In this document: piece by piece, positions 33,878 through 42,315 of the stretch
Position numbering within the stretch: the stretch's first letter is position 1
Layout: each line of letters opens with the position of its first letter
Source: an uncultured Actinomycetota bacterium
GTDB lineage: Bacteria > Actinomycetota > Actinomycetes > Propionibacteriales > Nocardioidaceae
Length of the DNA stretch: 64,000 bases
Direction of reading: 5' to 3'
NCBI GenBank assembly: GCA_963832415.1
Contig: CAWHTZ010000014.1
Span: 295,339-359,338, forward strand
Notes under the pieces: model-generated
Databases searched by the model: none
Seen by the model: only the letters and a program-made list of their open reading frames with translations
Told to the model about the DNA's origin: nothing
Position numbers and translations under genes: made by a program

Positions 33878-35500
33878 TCATCCTTCTCGATCTGCTCGGT
33901 GAGGCCGGTCCACGGGATCGGGCCCCGGCCACTCCACGGTCATCCTCCAGCGCACCGGACCACCGGCGTTGCCGTGCACGGCGCGGGCGGCGTCGGCGAA
34001 CCCCTCGCGACCCGTCACCCGGCCGCCCAGGCGCACGGCCCGGGCCTCGAGGTTCCGGGGGTCCACCGGTCGGCGCCGGCCGCCGCCCTCCTCCGCCTGC
34101 TGCTCCGCCAGCTCGGCGCGGGTCGCGGCCACCCCCTCCACGAGGGCGCGACCCCCGCGGCGCAGGACCAGGGAGCAGAACCGCCAGAAGGCCTCGACGC
34201 CGTCGGGGTCGAGCGCCTCGACGAGCTCGCGCGCGACCACCACGCGGTCACCGAGGTTGCCGTCGCGGGCGACCAGCGCGGCGCGCGTCAGCGTGTCCCG
34301 CAGGTCGTAGAGGTTCAGCGCCTTGAAGGTCAGCTGGAGCCCCTCCCGCCGGGCCGCGCGGCGCACGGGCTGGCGCCGGCCACGGCCGTAGTCCAGCGCC
34401 AGCACCTCGCGGCCGGCGCGGGCGAGGGCGAGGGCGTCCCGTGCGGGCCCGCAGCCGACCTCGACGACCCGGTCGGACTCCGCGGAGCCGGCCAGCACCC
34501 AGTCGACGAAGTCGCTGCGCGGGGCGTGCGGCGACTCGGCGACCTGGGCGTTCGCCCAGGTCTCCCAGTCCCGTCGGTTGCGCATCAGGGAGCCGAACCA
34601 GTCGGCGAAGCGTCCGGTGATCTCGGGGCCCGGCGTGTGCTTGAACGAGGGGTCCGGCACGCGCCACGACGGCCCGTACGACTCGGCCAGCATCCGGTCC
34701 GGGTCGGCCGGCGCCGGGAGCCGTCGGCCCTCGAACTCGAGGGTCGTCAGCGGCTCGATCGCCGAGGCCGGCACGGGGGCGCGCACGGTGGCGGTCTCGT
34801 AGAGCAGGTCCCCGACGTGGAAGCAGGTGTAGACGTCGATGGATCCCTGGGCGCCGTCGGGCGCCCGGAAGACGACGGTGATGAAGCTCCCGGACTTGTC
34901 CATCACGTCGAGCCCGTCGCGGCGCAGGGCCCGCGCCACGCCGTGCAGCTCCTGCACCATCTCGGCGGGCGTCGCGCGGTGGCTCAGGTAGGCGAGGTCG
35001 ATGTCGGAGTCGTGTCCGATCACCCCGCCCTCGCGCGCGGCGCCCAGGAGCGTGCCGAAGGCGATCCAGGCCTCGACGCCGCACTCGTCGCGCATCACCT
35101 CGAGGATGCGCTCGGTCACGTCGACCATCTGCTCGACGGCCTCGCGCCCGCGCCCGGAGAACGGGCGCTGCAGCAGCCCCCACTTGTCGATCATGACCGG
35201 GAGGCCCTGCTTGTCGAGGAAGGTGATGCGCCCCTCGCCGGAGCCGAGGACCACGTCGCCGGACCACAGCTCGTCGTCCCCCTCGACGAGACGCACCCGC
35301 GACGTGCCGTCCAGCCAGCCGCGCATGCGCTTCGGCCAGGCGACCAGGAGCTCGTCGCCCCGGTCCTCACCGCGATGGGCGCTGAAGGACCAGGCGTGGT
35401 GGTCGTCGAAGTGCACGTCCACCGAGCCCTCGTGCCCGGCCGGGAGGTGCACCCCGGCGTCGTCGACGCGGAAGCCCGCCTCGGACGAACCGTCGGTCAC
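33878..35500 (-). CDS. LicD-family phosphotransferase fused to class I SAM-dependent methyltransferase
   Basis: LicD core AWIAFGTLLGAAREGGVIGHDSDIDLAY in the N-terminal/central part. Methyltransferase motif I VVEVGCGPARDALALA in the C-terminal part. GTG 35500. Confidence 0.65.
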   Translation of the reverse strand: MTDGSSEAGFRVDDAGVHLPAGHEGSVDVHFDDHHAWSFSAHRGEDRGDELLVAWPKRMRGWLDGTSRVRLVEGDDELWSGDVVLGSGEGRITFLDKQGLPVMIDKWGLLQRPFSGRGREAVEQMVDVTERILEVMRDECGVEAWIAFGTLLGAAREGGVIGHDSDIDLAYLSHRATPAEMVQELHGVARALRRDGLDVMDKSGSFITVVFRAPDGAQGSIDVYTCFHVGDLLYETATVRAPVPASAIEPLTTLEFEGRRLPAPADPDRMLAESYGPSWRVPDPSFKHTPGPEITGRFADWFGSLMRNRRDWETWANAQVAESPHAPRSDFVDWVLAGSAESDRVVEVGCGPARDALALARAGREVLALDYGRGRRQPVRRAARREGLQLTFKALNLYDLRDTLTRAALVARDGNLGDRVVVARELVEALDPDGVEAFWRFCSLVLRRGGRALVEGVAATRAELAEQQAEEGGGRRRPVDPRNLEARAVRLGGRVTGREGFADAARAVHGNAGGPVRWRMTVEWPGPDPVDRPHRADREG

Positions 35501-35579
35501 GTGCTCTCCCTGCTTCCTGTTGCCCGGTGGCGCGCCGGTCCCCCGACGCGCGCCACCCTAGGGCATCAGGTCAGCGGGC

Positions 35580-37055
35580 TCAGTCGACCTCGATCTGCGA
35601 GTACGGGTCCACGCCCCGCTCCTCGGCGAGCTTCTCGACCTCCCAGGGGGGCCGCTCCTCCGGCGCCGTCGCGGTCGACCCGGCCGTCGTGCGGCCCGCG
35701 ATGTCGGTGTTGCTGCTCGTCGCGCGGCCGGACCGGCGGTAGGGCGGGTTCGCGAAGAGGTACTCGATCCACCGGTTGTACGCCCCGAGCAGCCCCGCGC
35801 CGTAGATGCGCATGCCCGCCTCGTCGCTGGGCAGCGCCGCCGGCGACCAGTTCGCCGAGCCGTTGAAGGTGACCCGCGCGCTGCCGTTGCCGCGGTAGCG
35901 CCCACTGATGGTCAGCACCTTCATGTGCAGGTAGCGGTCGTAGACGCCGTCCCCGTTCGGGTCCTGCACGATCTGCCGCATCGGGACGGCGCCCCGGCCA
36001 CCCCGGCGCATGATGCGCAGGATCTCGTTGCCCATCACGGCGTAGATGATCCTCACGTCGCAGCCGCGGTTGTACATCTGCTTCACGCGGTAGGCGAGGC
36101 GGATGCCCCGCTGGCCGTGCCAGGAGGTCATGGCGATCCGGATGCGCGTCTTGCCCCGGGTGCCCGCGCCGCCGGTGGCGCCCGAGCACGAGGTGTCGTT
36201 GAGCCAGCGCATCACCGGGTCGCCGCTGGCGCCCGAGCCGCGGTAGGGGAAGAAGTAGGTGGTGATGGCGCCCCGACGGGTCGAGACGTAGCCCTGGGCG
36301 ACGTTCCTGTCCCGCATCATCTGGTCGAAGACTCGATTGAACTCGGCGTAGATGCCGTAGCGGTTCTTCGTCGTGTAGACGTCGTTCCACTGGTTGGTCG
36401 CGGCCAGGTCCGTCGCGTTGGACGAGCCGTTGACGACCACGTTCCTGGCGCCACCGCCGACGCGGCTGAAGGTGAAGAACTTGGTGTGCGCGATGCCGCG
36501 CGGGCCGCGGCAGGCCGAGCGGCAGCGGCGCACGAAGCTCTTGTACTGCCACTTGCGCCACTTGTTGCCGTAGCGGCCCAGCGCGTTCTGAAGCCGGTCC
36601 ACGCCCACGTTCACGTTGTCGGGCTTCGCGTTCACCCGGTCGAGGGCGACGCGCACCGAGACCCCGCGCCGGTGGGCCCTGATCAGCGCGTCGACGAAGG
36701 CGTCGGAGCGCACGTTCCAGCTCGCCACGCGGATCTTCTGTCGGCCGGGCACCGAGTTGATCAGGCGCAGCACGTGCCGGTTGATCTCGGTCTTGCGCGC
36801 CCGTGAGCCCAGCGGGTTGTTGGTCTTCAGGCCGGTTGGCGGGTTGTAGTGCTGGGGCGCCGGCTTCGGCGGGTTGGACGTCGAGCCGCCACCGGAGTCA
36901 CCCGTCGTGGCAGTGCCGGCGCTGCTGGCGCCCGTCGGCTCCGCGCTGGTCTCGCTGGCGACCGCCCGCGCGGGCAGCAGCATCAGGAGGCAGAGCGCGA
37001 GCACCATCACGGCGGTGCGTGGCGCGAGGGCAGGAGCAGCGGTTGACGAACGCAC
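35580..37055 (-). CDS. Secreted phospholipase D-family (two HKD motifs) phosphodiesterase
   Basis: HTKFFTFS...GSSNAT and HMKVLTIS...GSANWS HKD motifs. Signal peptide (RTAVMVLALCLLMLLPARAVA). Start set at GTG 37055 (track ORF begins 37172). Visibly lower GC than its neighbours. Confidence 0.7.
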   Translation of the reverse strand: MRSSTAAPALAPRTAVMVLALCLLMLLPARAVASETSAEPTGASSAGTATTGDSGGGSTSNPPKPAPQHYNPPTGLKTNNPLGSRARKTEINRHVLRLINSVPGRQKIRVASWNVRSDAFVDALIRAHRRGVSVRVALDRVNAKPDNVNVGVDRLQNALGRYGNKWRKWQYKSFVRRCRSACRGPRGIAHTKFFTFSRVGGGARNVVVNGSSNATDLAATNQWNDVYTTKNRYGIYAEFNRVFDQMMRDRNVAQGYVSTRRGAITTYFFPYRGSGASGDPVMRWLNDTSCSGATGGAGTRGKTRIRIAMTSWHGQRGIRLAYRVKQMYNRGCDVRIIYAVMGNEILRIMRRGGRGAVPMRQIVQDPNGDGVYDRYLHMKVLTISGRYRGNGSARVTFNGSANWSPAALPSDEAGMRIYGAGLLGAYNRWIEYLFANPPYRRSGRATSSNTDIAGRTTAGSTATAPEERPPWEVEKLAEERGVDPYSQIEVD

Positions 37056-37314
37056 GAGAGGGACCCCCAGAACAGCACGAACGGGGCAAGAGCCCCATGC
37101 AAAAGAGTGCGGAACGCCTGAGCGTCGACCCTCCCCCGGAGAGGGTAAGCGGCCTCTGTGCCGCCCCAGCAAGAAAAGAGTAGGTCACGACTCCCCGTCC
37201 CTCAACAGAGGTCTCCTCAGATGCGGCTCAAGCCGCCGCCGGGGTGGTTCAAGGGGCGAGACGACCCCTCAACGTGACCCCGACTCCCGCTCAAGCGGGG
37301 CCCAGCGACCCCGC

Positions 37315-37731
37315 TCAGGCCGTGCAGCTCGCCACGGTGTCGCGGTAGCGCTGGTCGTCGTCCACCGTCTCGCCGTCGGTCTCCATGATCCGGCCGCCCT
37401 GGACCGCCCAGAACCGGTCCTCGTGGGTCAGCAGCCGCTGGCCCGACTCGCAGTAGCGCGATTCGGGCTCGATCTCGGATCCCCCCTCGACGCATGCCTG
37501 GTAGCCCGCCGGCAGCGTCTCGCCGACCACCCAGATCTCGCTGCACGCCGGGCCGGCCGGGGCGGTGCTCTCCTCGTCCGGGGAGCTCGCCCCGGAGGGC
37601 TCGTCGCCCTGCGAGGACTCCTGGTCCGTCGCCGTGGCGGAGTCGTCGCTGCATCCGGCGAGCAGCGCCCCCGAGATGAGCAGGGGCAGCGCCAGCGCCG
37701 CCGCGGTGGGCCCGAGCCTTCGCGTCCTCAT
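37315..37731 (-). CDS. Lipoprotein
   Basis: Signal peptide with lipobox LLAGC, followed by a low-complexity acidic linker. TAGGGT lies 6 nt upstream of ATG 37731. Confidence 0.75.
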   Translation of the reverse strand: MRTRRLGPTAAALALPLLISGALLAGCSDDSATATDQESSQGDEPSGASSPDEESTAPAGPACSEIWVVGETLPAGYQACVEGGSEIEPESRYCESGQRLLTHEDRFWAVQGGRIMETDGETVDDDQRYRDTVASCTA

Positions 37732-37754
37732 GGCGGGACCCTACGCCCGGTAGC

Positions 37755-39047
37755 GTGTCGGACGTGTCCTCCTCGCCGTCGCGCGTGTACGCCGCCCGCT
37801 TGGTGGGACTGCCCGTGTTCGACCCCCAGGGAGACCAGGTCGGCAAGGTGCGCGACCTCGTGGTGGCGATCCGCGGGGACAACAGCCCGCCGCGCGTGCT
37901 CGGGCTCGTCGCCGAGGTCTTCAACCGGCGCCGGATCTTCGTGCCGATGACCCGGGTGACCCACATCGACGCGGGCGCGGTGTTCACGACCGGCCTGCTG
38001 AACATGCGCCGCTTCAATCAGCGGCCGACCGAGACGCGCGTGATCGGGCAGCTGTTCGACCGGCAGGTCTCGCTGCGGCCCCAGGGCCAGGACGACCGGG
38101 TCGAGGGGTCGGTCTTCGACGTCGCGATGGAGCAGCTGCGCAACCGCGACTGGGTGCTCAGCCGGGTGGCGGTGCAGGAGGCCGCCAAGGGCTTCCGGCG
38201 CCGCGGCCAGACCCACGTGGTCGAGTGGCGCGACGTCCGGGGGCTGACCCGCCAGGAGGCCCAGGGGGCGACGCACCTGCTCGCCGCCCTCAACGAGCTG
38301 CGCCCCGCCGACGCCGCCAACGTGATCCACGACCTGCCCGCCGAGCGGCGCACGGCCGTCGTCACCGCCCTCGACGACGAGCGCCTGGCCGACGTGCTGG
38401 AGGAGCTGCCCGAGGAGGACCAGGTCGAGATCCTCGAGCACCTCGACTCCGAGCGCGCCGCCGACGTGCTGGAGGAGATGTCGGCCGACGACGCCGCCGA
38501 CCTGATCGCGGAGCTCCCCACGGAGACCGCGGCCCAGCTGCTCGAGCTCATGGAGCCCGACGACGCCGCCGACGTGCGCCGGCTGATGTCCTACGAGGAC
38601 GAGACCGCGGGCGGGATGATGACCCCCGAGCCGGTGATCCTCGGCCCGGACGCAACCATCGCCGACGCCCTGGCCCACGTGCGCAACCCGGACCTCACCA
38701 CCGCCCTGGCGAGCCTCGTCTACGTCTGCCGCCAGCCGCTGGAGCCGCCGACCGGACGCCTCCTCGGCGTCGCCCACATCCAGCGCCTCCTGCGCGAGCC
38801 GCCCTCGACGCTCGCGGCGGCCGCGCTCGAGGAGTCCATGGACCCGCTGCGGCCGGAGATGTCGCTCGAGGAGGTCGCGCAGCACCTCGCGACGTACAAC
38901 CTCGTGGCCGCCCCCGTCGTCGACGAGGAGGGCCGCCTGCTGGGGGCCGTCACGGTCGACGACCTGCTCGACCACATGCTGCCGGAGGGCTGGCGGGACG
39001 ACGCCGTCGCCCCGATGACCCCGCCGCGGGGGATCCCCCATGTCTGA
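37755..39047 (+). CDS. MgtE N-terminal domain + CBS pair protein (no membrane domain)
   Basis: PRC-barrel-like N-terminus, acidic MgtE_N repeats (LEELPEEDQVEILEHL...LEEMSADDAADLIAEL), CBS pair. Ends right after the CBS pair. In-frame GTG 37764 is an alternative (leaderless) start. Confidence 0.8.
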   Translation: MSDVSSSPSRVYAARLVGLPVFDPQGDQVGKVRDLVVAIRGDNSPPRVLGLVAEVFNRRRIFVPMTRVTHIDAGAVFTTGLLNMRRFNQRPTETRVIGQLFDRQVSLRPQGQDDRVEGSVFDVAMEQLRNRDWVLSRVAVQEAAKGFRRRGQTHVVEWRDVRGLTRQEAQGATHLLAALNELRPADAANVIHDLPAERRTAVVTALDDERLADVLEELPEEDQVEILEHLDSERAADVLEEMSADDAADLIAELPTETAAQLLELMEPDDAADVRRLMSYEDETAGGMMTPEPVILGPDATIADALAHVRNPDLTTALASLVYVCRQPLEPPTGRLLGVAHIQRLLREPPSTLAAAALEESMDPLRPEMSLEEVAQHLATYNLVAAPVVDEEGRLLGAVTVDDLLDHMLPEGWRDDAVAPMTPPRGIPHV

Positions 39048-39618
39048 GCGCCACCCCCGCGATCGGCGCGGCGGCGAGCGGCAGTCCCGGGAGCGTCTGG
39101 ACACGCCCCGCGAGCTGCGCCGCTCGTTCGTGCGCCGACCCTCCTACGACGCCGACGCCTTCGGCATCTTCGCCGAGCAGTTCGCCCGGTTCATGGGCAC
39201 GGCGCGGTTCCTGCTGTACATGACGGCGTTCGTGCTGGTCTGGGTCGGCTGGAACGCGCTGACCCCCGAGGCCTGGGACTTCGACCCGTACCCCTTCATC
39301 TTCCTGACCCTGATGCTGAGCCTGCAGGCCTCGTACGCCGCCCCGCTCATCCTGCTCGCCCAGAACCGGCAGGAGCTGCGCGACAAGGTGGTCTCGGAGC
39401 GGGACCGCCAGGCCAACGCGCGGGCGCACGCCGACATGGAGTTCCTGGCGCGCGAGGTCGCGTCGCTGCGGATGGCGCTCGGCGAGGTCGCCACCCGCGA
39501 CTTCCTGCGCTCGGAGCTGCGGTCCATGCGTGGGGAGCTGGAGGAGTCGCTCGGGACGGGGGAGGACGAGGAGGAGCCCCCCGGGCCCGACCGGACCGAG
39601 GGCGGGCGCGGCGAGTAG
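39040..39618 (+). CDS. DUF1003 membrane protein
   Basis: ATG 39040 overlaps the upstream stop by 8 nt. Two hydrophobic helices (FLLYMTAFVLVWVGWNAL; FIFLTLMLSLQASYAAPLILLA), then a coiled-coil tail. Confidence 0.8.
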   Translation: MSERHPRDRRGGERQSRERLDTPRELRRSFVRRPSYDADAFGIFAEQFARFMGTARFLLYMTAFVLVWVGWNALTPEAWDFDPYPFIFLTLMLSLQASYAAPLILLAQNRQELRDKVVSERDRQANARAHADMEFLAREVASLRMALGEVATRDFLRSELRSMRGELEESLGTGEDEEEPPGPDRTEGGRGE

Positions 39619-39632
39619 CCGGGAGCTGGCGG

Positions 39633-39983
39633 CTAGCCGGCGGCTGCTGCAGACGGGCCGAGCCCGGTCGTCGTCGCCGATGTCCGGTCCTTGAGCTCCA
39701 CGAAGATGACGTGGGTGTCGCTGTCTCCGATGTTGTGACCGGCATGGCGCTGGGCGGGCAGCCATCCGGTCGTGCCGGCCTCGATCTCGACATCGCGGGT
39801 CTCGCCGTCGTTCCCGTAGAGCCGCCTGCGGAAGCTGCTCAGGGTGTACATCACGCTGTCCGGGTGGGTGTGCGGCGTCGTGCGATCGCCGGGATGGTCG
39901 AGGTACTCCAGCACGCGGACGTGCTGGTTCTCGAGCACGACCTTGTACTTGTCGGGGTCGGTGCACGCGGGGTCGTCCGACAT
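39633..39983 (-). CDS. Cupin domain protein
   Basis: Cupin metal motif region (TPHTHPDSVMY ... GHNIGD). ATG 39983 with GGAAGAAGG upstream. Confidence 0.75.
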   Translation of the reverse strand: MSDDPACTDPDKYKVVLENQHVRVLEYLDHPGDRTTPHTHPDSVMYTLSSFRRRLYGNDGETRDVEIEAGTTGWLPAQRHAGHNIGDSDTHVIFVELKDRTSATTTGLGPSAAAAG

Positions 39984-40026
39984 CGGACACCTTCTTCCGG
40001 GCAGACGGCCCACTTTGGCGAGTCAT

Positions 40027-40038
40027 ACTTTATAAAGT
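40027..40038. promoter_or_regulatory. 12-bp perfect palindrome ACTTTATAAAGT (candidate TetR operator overlapping divergent -10 boxes)
   Basis: Located in the only AT-rich patch between the divergent cupin and TetR genes. TATAAA on each strand. TATAAA (40031-40036) is 8 nt from the TetR ATG 40045. Confidence 0.45.
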
Positions 40039-40044
40039 GCTACT

Positions 40045-40707
40045 ATGCCTTCGATGAGCGAGGTCGTCAAGGGCAAGACCGAGGCCGGCCGTCGTCGCGA
40101 GCAACGTGCCCGCCGCACGAGGGCACGGATCGCCGACGCGGCTCTGCGGCTGTTCCTCGATCGCGGCTATCCGGCCACGACCGTCGAGGCGATCGCGTCC
40201 CGGGCCGGCGTCGCGCCGGCGACCGTCTACCAGGCGTTCGGCACCAAGCAGGCGGTGCTTGCGCGAGTCCTCGACACCACCATCGCCGGCGACGACGCCA
40301 CCGTCCCGCTGCTGGAACGGGAATGGGTCGCCGAGGCCCTGCGCCACCGCAGCCCCGCACGCCGGCTCGCGGCGGTCGTCCGGGGGTCGGCCCAGGTTGC
40401 GGCCAGGACGGCGCCACTCAAGGAGGTCGTGCGCGACGCCGCGGCGACCGACCCGCGGGCGCGCGAGCTCATCCGTGAGGACGACGAGCGACGTCGCCAG
40501 ACCCAGCGAGCGCTGGTGGAGATGGCGGTCGGCGACGACGAGCTGAGACCCGGCACCACCCTCGACCGAGCCGCCGACGCCTTCTTCCTGCTCGTGAACA
40601 GCGGCTCCTACGAGGTCGCCGAGTCACTCGGCTGGAGCGAGGCGGACTGGCAGCAGTGGCTCGTCGACGTTCTCACCGCCGAGCTCTTCGGCGACGGCGC
40701 AGATTGA
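40045..40707 (+). CDS. TetR family transcriptional regulator
   Basis: HTH (GYPATTVEAIASRAGVAPATVYQAF). Divergent from the cupin gene. Confidence 0.85.
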   Translation: MPSMSEVVKGKTEAGRRREQRARRTRARIADAALRLFLDRGYPATTVEAIASRAGVAPATVYQAFGTKQAVLARVLDTTIAGDDATVPLLEREWVAEALRHRSPARRLAAVVRGSAQVAARTAPLKEVVRDAAATDPRARELIREDDERRRQTQRALVEMAVGDDELRPGTTLDRAADAFFLLVNSGSYEVAESLGWSEADWQQWLVDVLTAELFGDGAD

Positions 40708-40822
40708 CGACGCCCCGAGACGCAACCCTCGACCCGCCCGGGTCGAGCACCACGGCCCCGTCCCCGCCGGACTCACGCCCGGGCCCGGGCGGGGCCCCGC
40801 CCACCGCCTAGACTGGGACCCC

Positions 40823-41986
40823 ATGAGCACCCCCACGACCGAGCAGGTCACCGCGGCCCTCGCCACCGTCAACGACCCCGAGATCAAGCGCCCGATCACC
40901 GACCTCGGCATGGTCGACGAGGTGACGGTCGACGACGACGGCCTGGTCCACGTGCACATCCTGCTCACGGTGGCCGGCTGCCCCCTGAAGGACACCATCG
41001 ACCGCGACGTGAAGGCGGCCGTGCACGCGCTGGACGGCGTCCGCGACGTCGAGCTGACGATGGGCGTGATGTCGAGCGAGCAGCGCTCGGGCCTCCAGGA
41101 GAAGCTCCGCGACGGACAGGCCCAGCGCGAGATCCCCTTCGCACAGCCCGGCTCGCTGACCAAGGTGTACGCGATCGCCAGCGGCAAGGGCGGCGTCGGC
41201 AAGTCCTCCGTCACGGTCAACCTGGCCCTCTCCATGGCGGAGAAGGGCATGAAGGTCGGCATCGTGGATGCCGACGTCTACGGCCACTCGGTCCCGGCCA
41301 TGCTCGGGGTCGCCGACACCCGGCCCACCCAGGTCGAGGACCTGATCATGCCCGTGCCGACCCCGTCGGGCGTCTCGGTGATCTCGATCGGGATGCTCAA
41401 GCCGCGCCGCGACCAGGTCGTCGCCTGGCGCGGCCCGATGCTCGACCGGGCGCTCGTCCAGATGCTCTCCGACGTCTACTGGGGCGACCTCGACGCCCTG
41501 TTGCTGGACCTGCCGCCCGGCACCGGCGACATCGCCATCTCGCTGGGGCAGCACCTGCCCAACGCGGAGGTGCTCGTGGTCACGACCCCGCAGGAGGCCG
41601 CCGCCGAGGTCGCCGAGCGCGCCGGCACCATGGCCTCGATGCTCCACCAGCGCGTCGTCGGTGTCATCGAGAACATGAGCTGGCTCCCCTGCCCGCACTG
41701 CACGCCGGAGGGCACGGAGCACCGGCTCGAGGTCTTCGGCACCGGTGGCGGCGAGCGGGTGGCGAAGACGCTCTCGGGACGGTTCGGCTACGACGTCCGC
41801 CTGCTCGGCCAGGTGCCGATCGACCTCTCGCTGCGCGAGGGCGGCGACGTCGGCAAGCCGATCGTCGAGGCCGACCCCACCGCGCCGGCCGCACAGGTGC
41901 TCCGGTCGATCGCCGACGATCTCTCCGGGCGCGGCCGCGGGCTCGCCGGCATGCAGCTGGGCCTCACGCCGAGCAACGGCCGCTGA
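40823..41986 (+). CDS. mrp: Mrp/ApbC/NBP35-family Fe-S cluster carrier ATPase
   Basis: N-terminal DUF59-like domain, Walker A SGKGGVGKSS, CPHC motif. TAGACT lies 8 nt upstream of the ATG. Confidence 0.9.
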   Translation: MSTPTTEQVTAALATVNDPEIKRPITDLGMVDEVTVDDDGLVHVHILLTVAGCPLKDTIDRDVKAAVHALDGVRDVELTMGVMSSEQRSGLQEKLRDGQAQREIPFAQPGSLTKVYAIASGKGGVGKSSVTVNLALSMAEKGMKVGIVDADVYGHSVPAMLGVADTRPTQVEDLIMPVPTPSGVSVISIGMLKPRRDQVVAWRGPMLDRALVQMLSDVYWGDLDALLLDLPPGTGDIAISLGQHLPNAEVLVVTTPQEAAAEVAERAGTMASMLHQRVVGVIENMSWLPCPHCTPEGTEHRLEVFGTGGGERVAKTLSGRFGYDVRLLGQVPIDLSLREGGDVGKPIVEADPTAPAAQVLRSIADDLSGRGRGLAGMQLGLTPSNGR

Positions 41987-41990
41987 CGCC

Positions 41991-42314
41991 GTGTTCGGGG
42001 TCGGCCTCACCGAGATGGTGGTGATCGCCTTCGTCGCCGTCCTGGTGCTCGGCCCCGACAAGCTCCCCCAGCTCGCTGCCCAGGCGGGGCAGATGCTCCG
42101 TCGCGCGCGCGACATGGCCAACAGCGCCCGCGACGAGCTGCGCAACGAGCTGGGCCCGGACTACGCCGACCTCGAGCTGCGGGATCTCGACCCCCGCGAG
42201 ATCGTGCGCCGGCACGTGATGGAGGCGCTCGAGGACGACGACGACCAGGACGACGAGGAGCGGCGCCCGCTCGCCGACGGTGAGCTGCCGCCGTACGACG
42301 TCGAGGCGACCTGA
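41991..42314 (+). CDS. tatB: Twin-arginine translocase subunit TatB
   Basis: VFGVGLTEMVVIAFVAVLVLGPDKLP N-terminus typical of TatA/B, with an acidic tail. GTG 41991, 5 nt after the mrp stop. Confidence 0.8.
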   Translation: MFGVGLTEMVVIAFVAVLVLGPDKLPQLAAQAGQMLRRARDMANSARDELRNELGPDYADLELRDLDPREIVRRHVMEALEDDDDQDDEERRPLADGELPPYDVEAT

Positions 42315-42315
42315 G

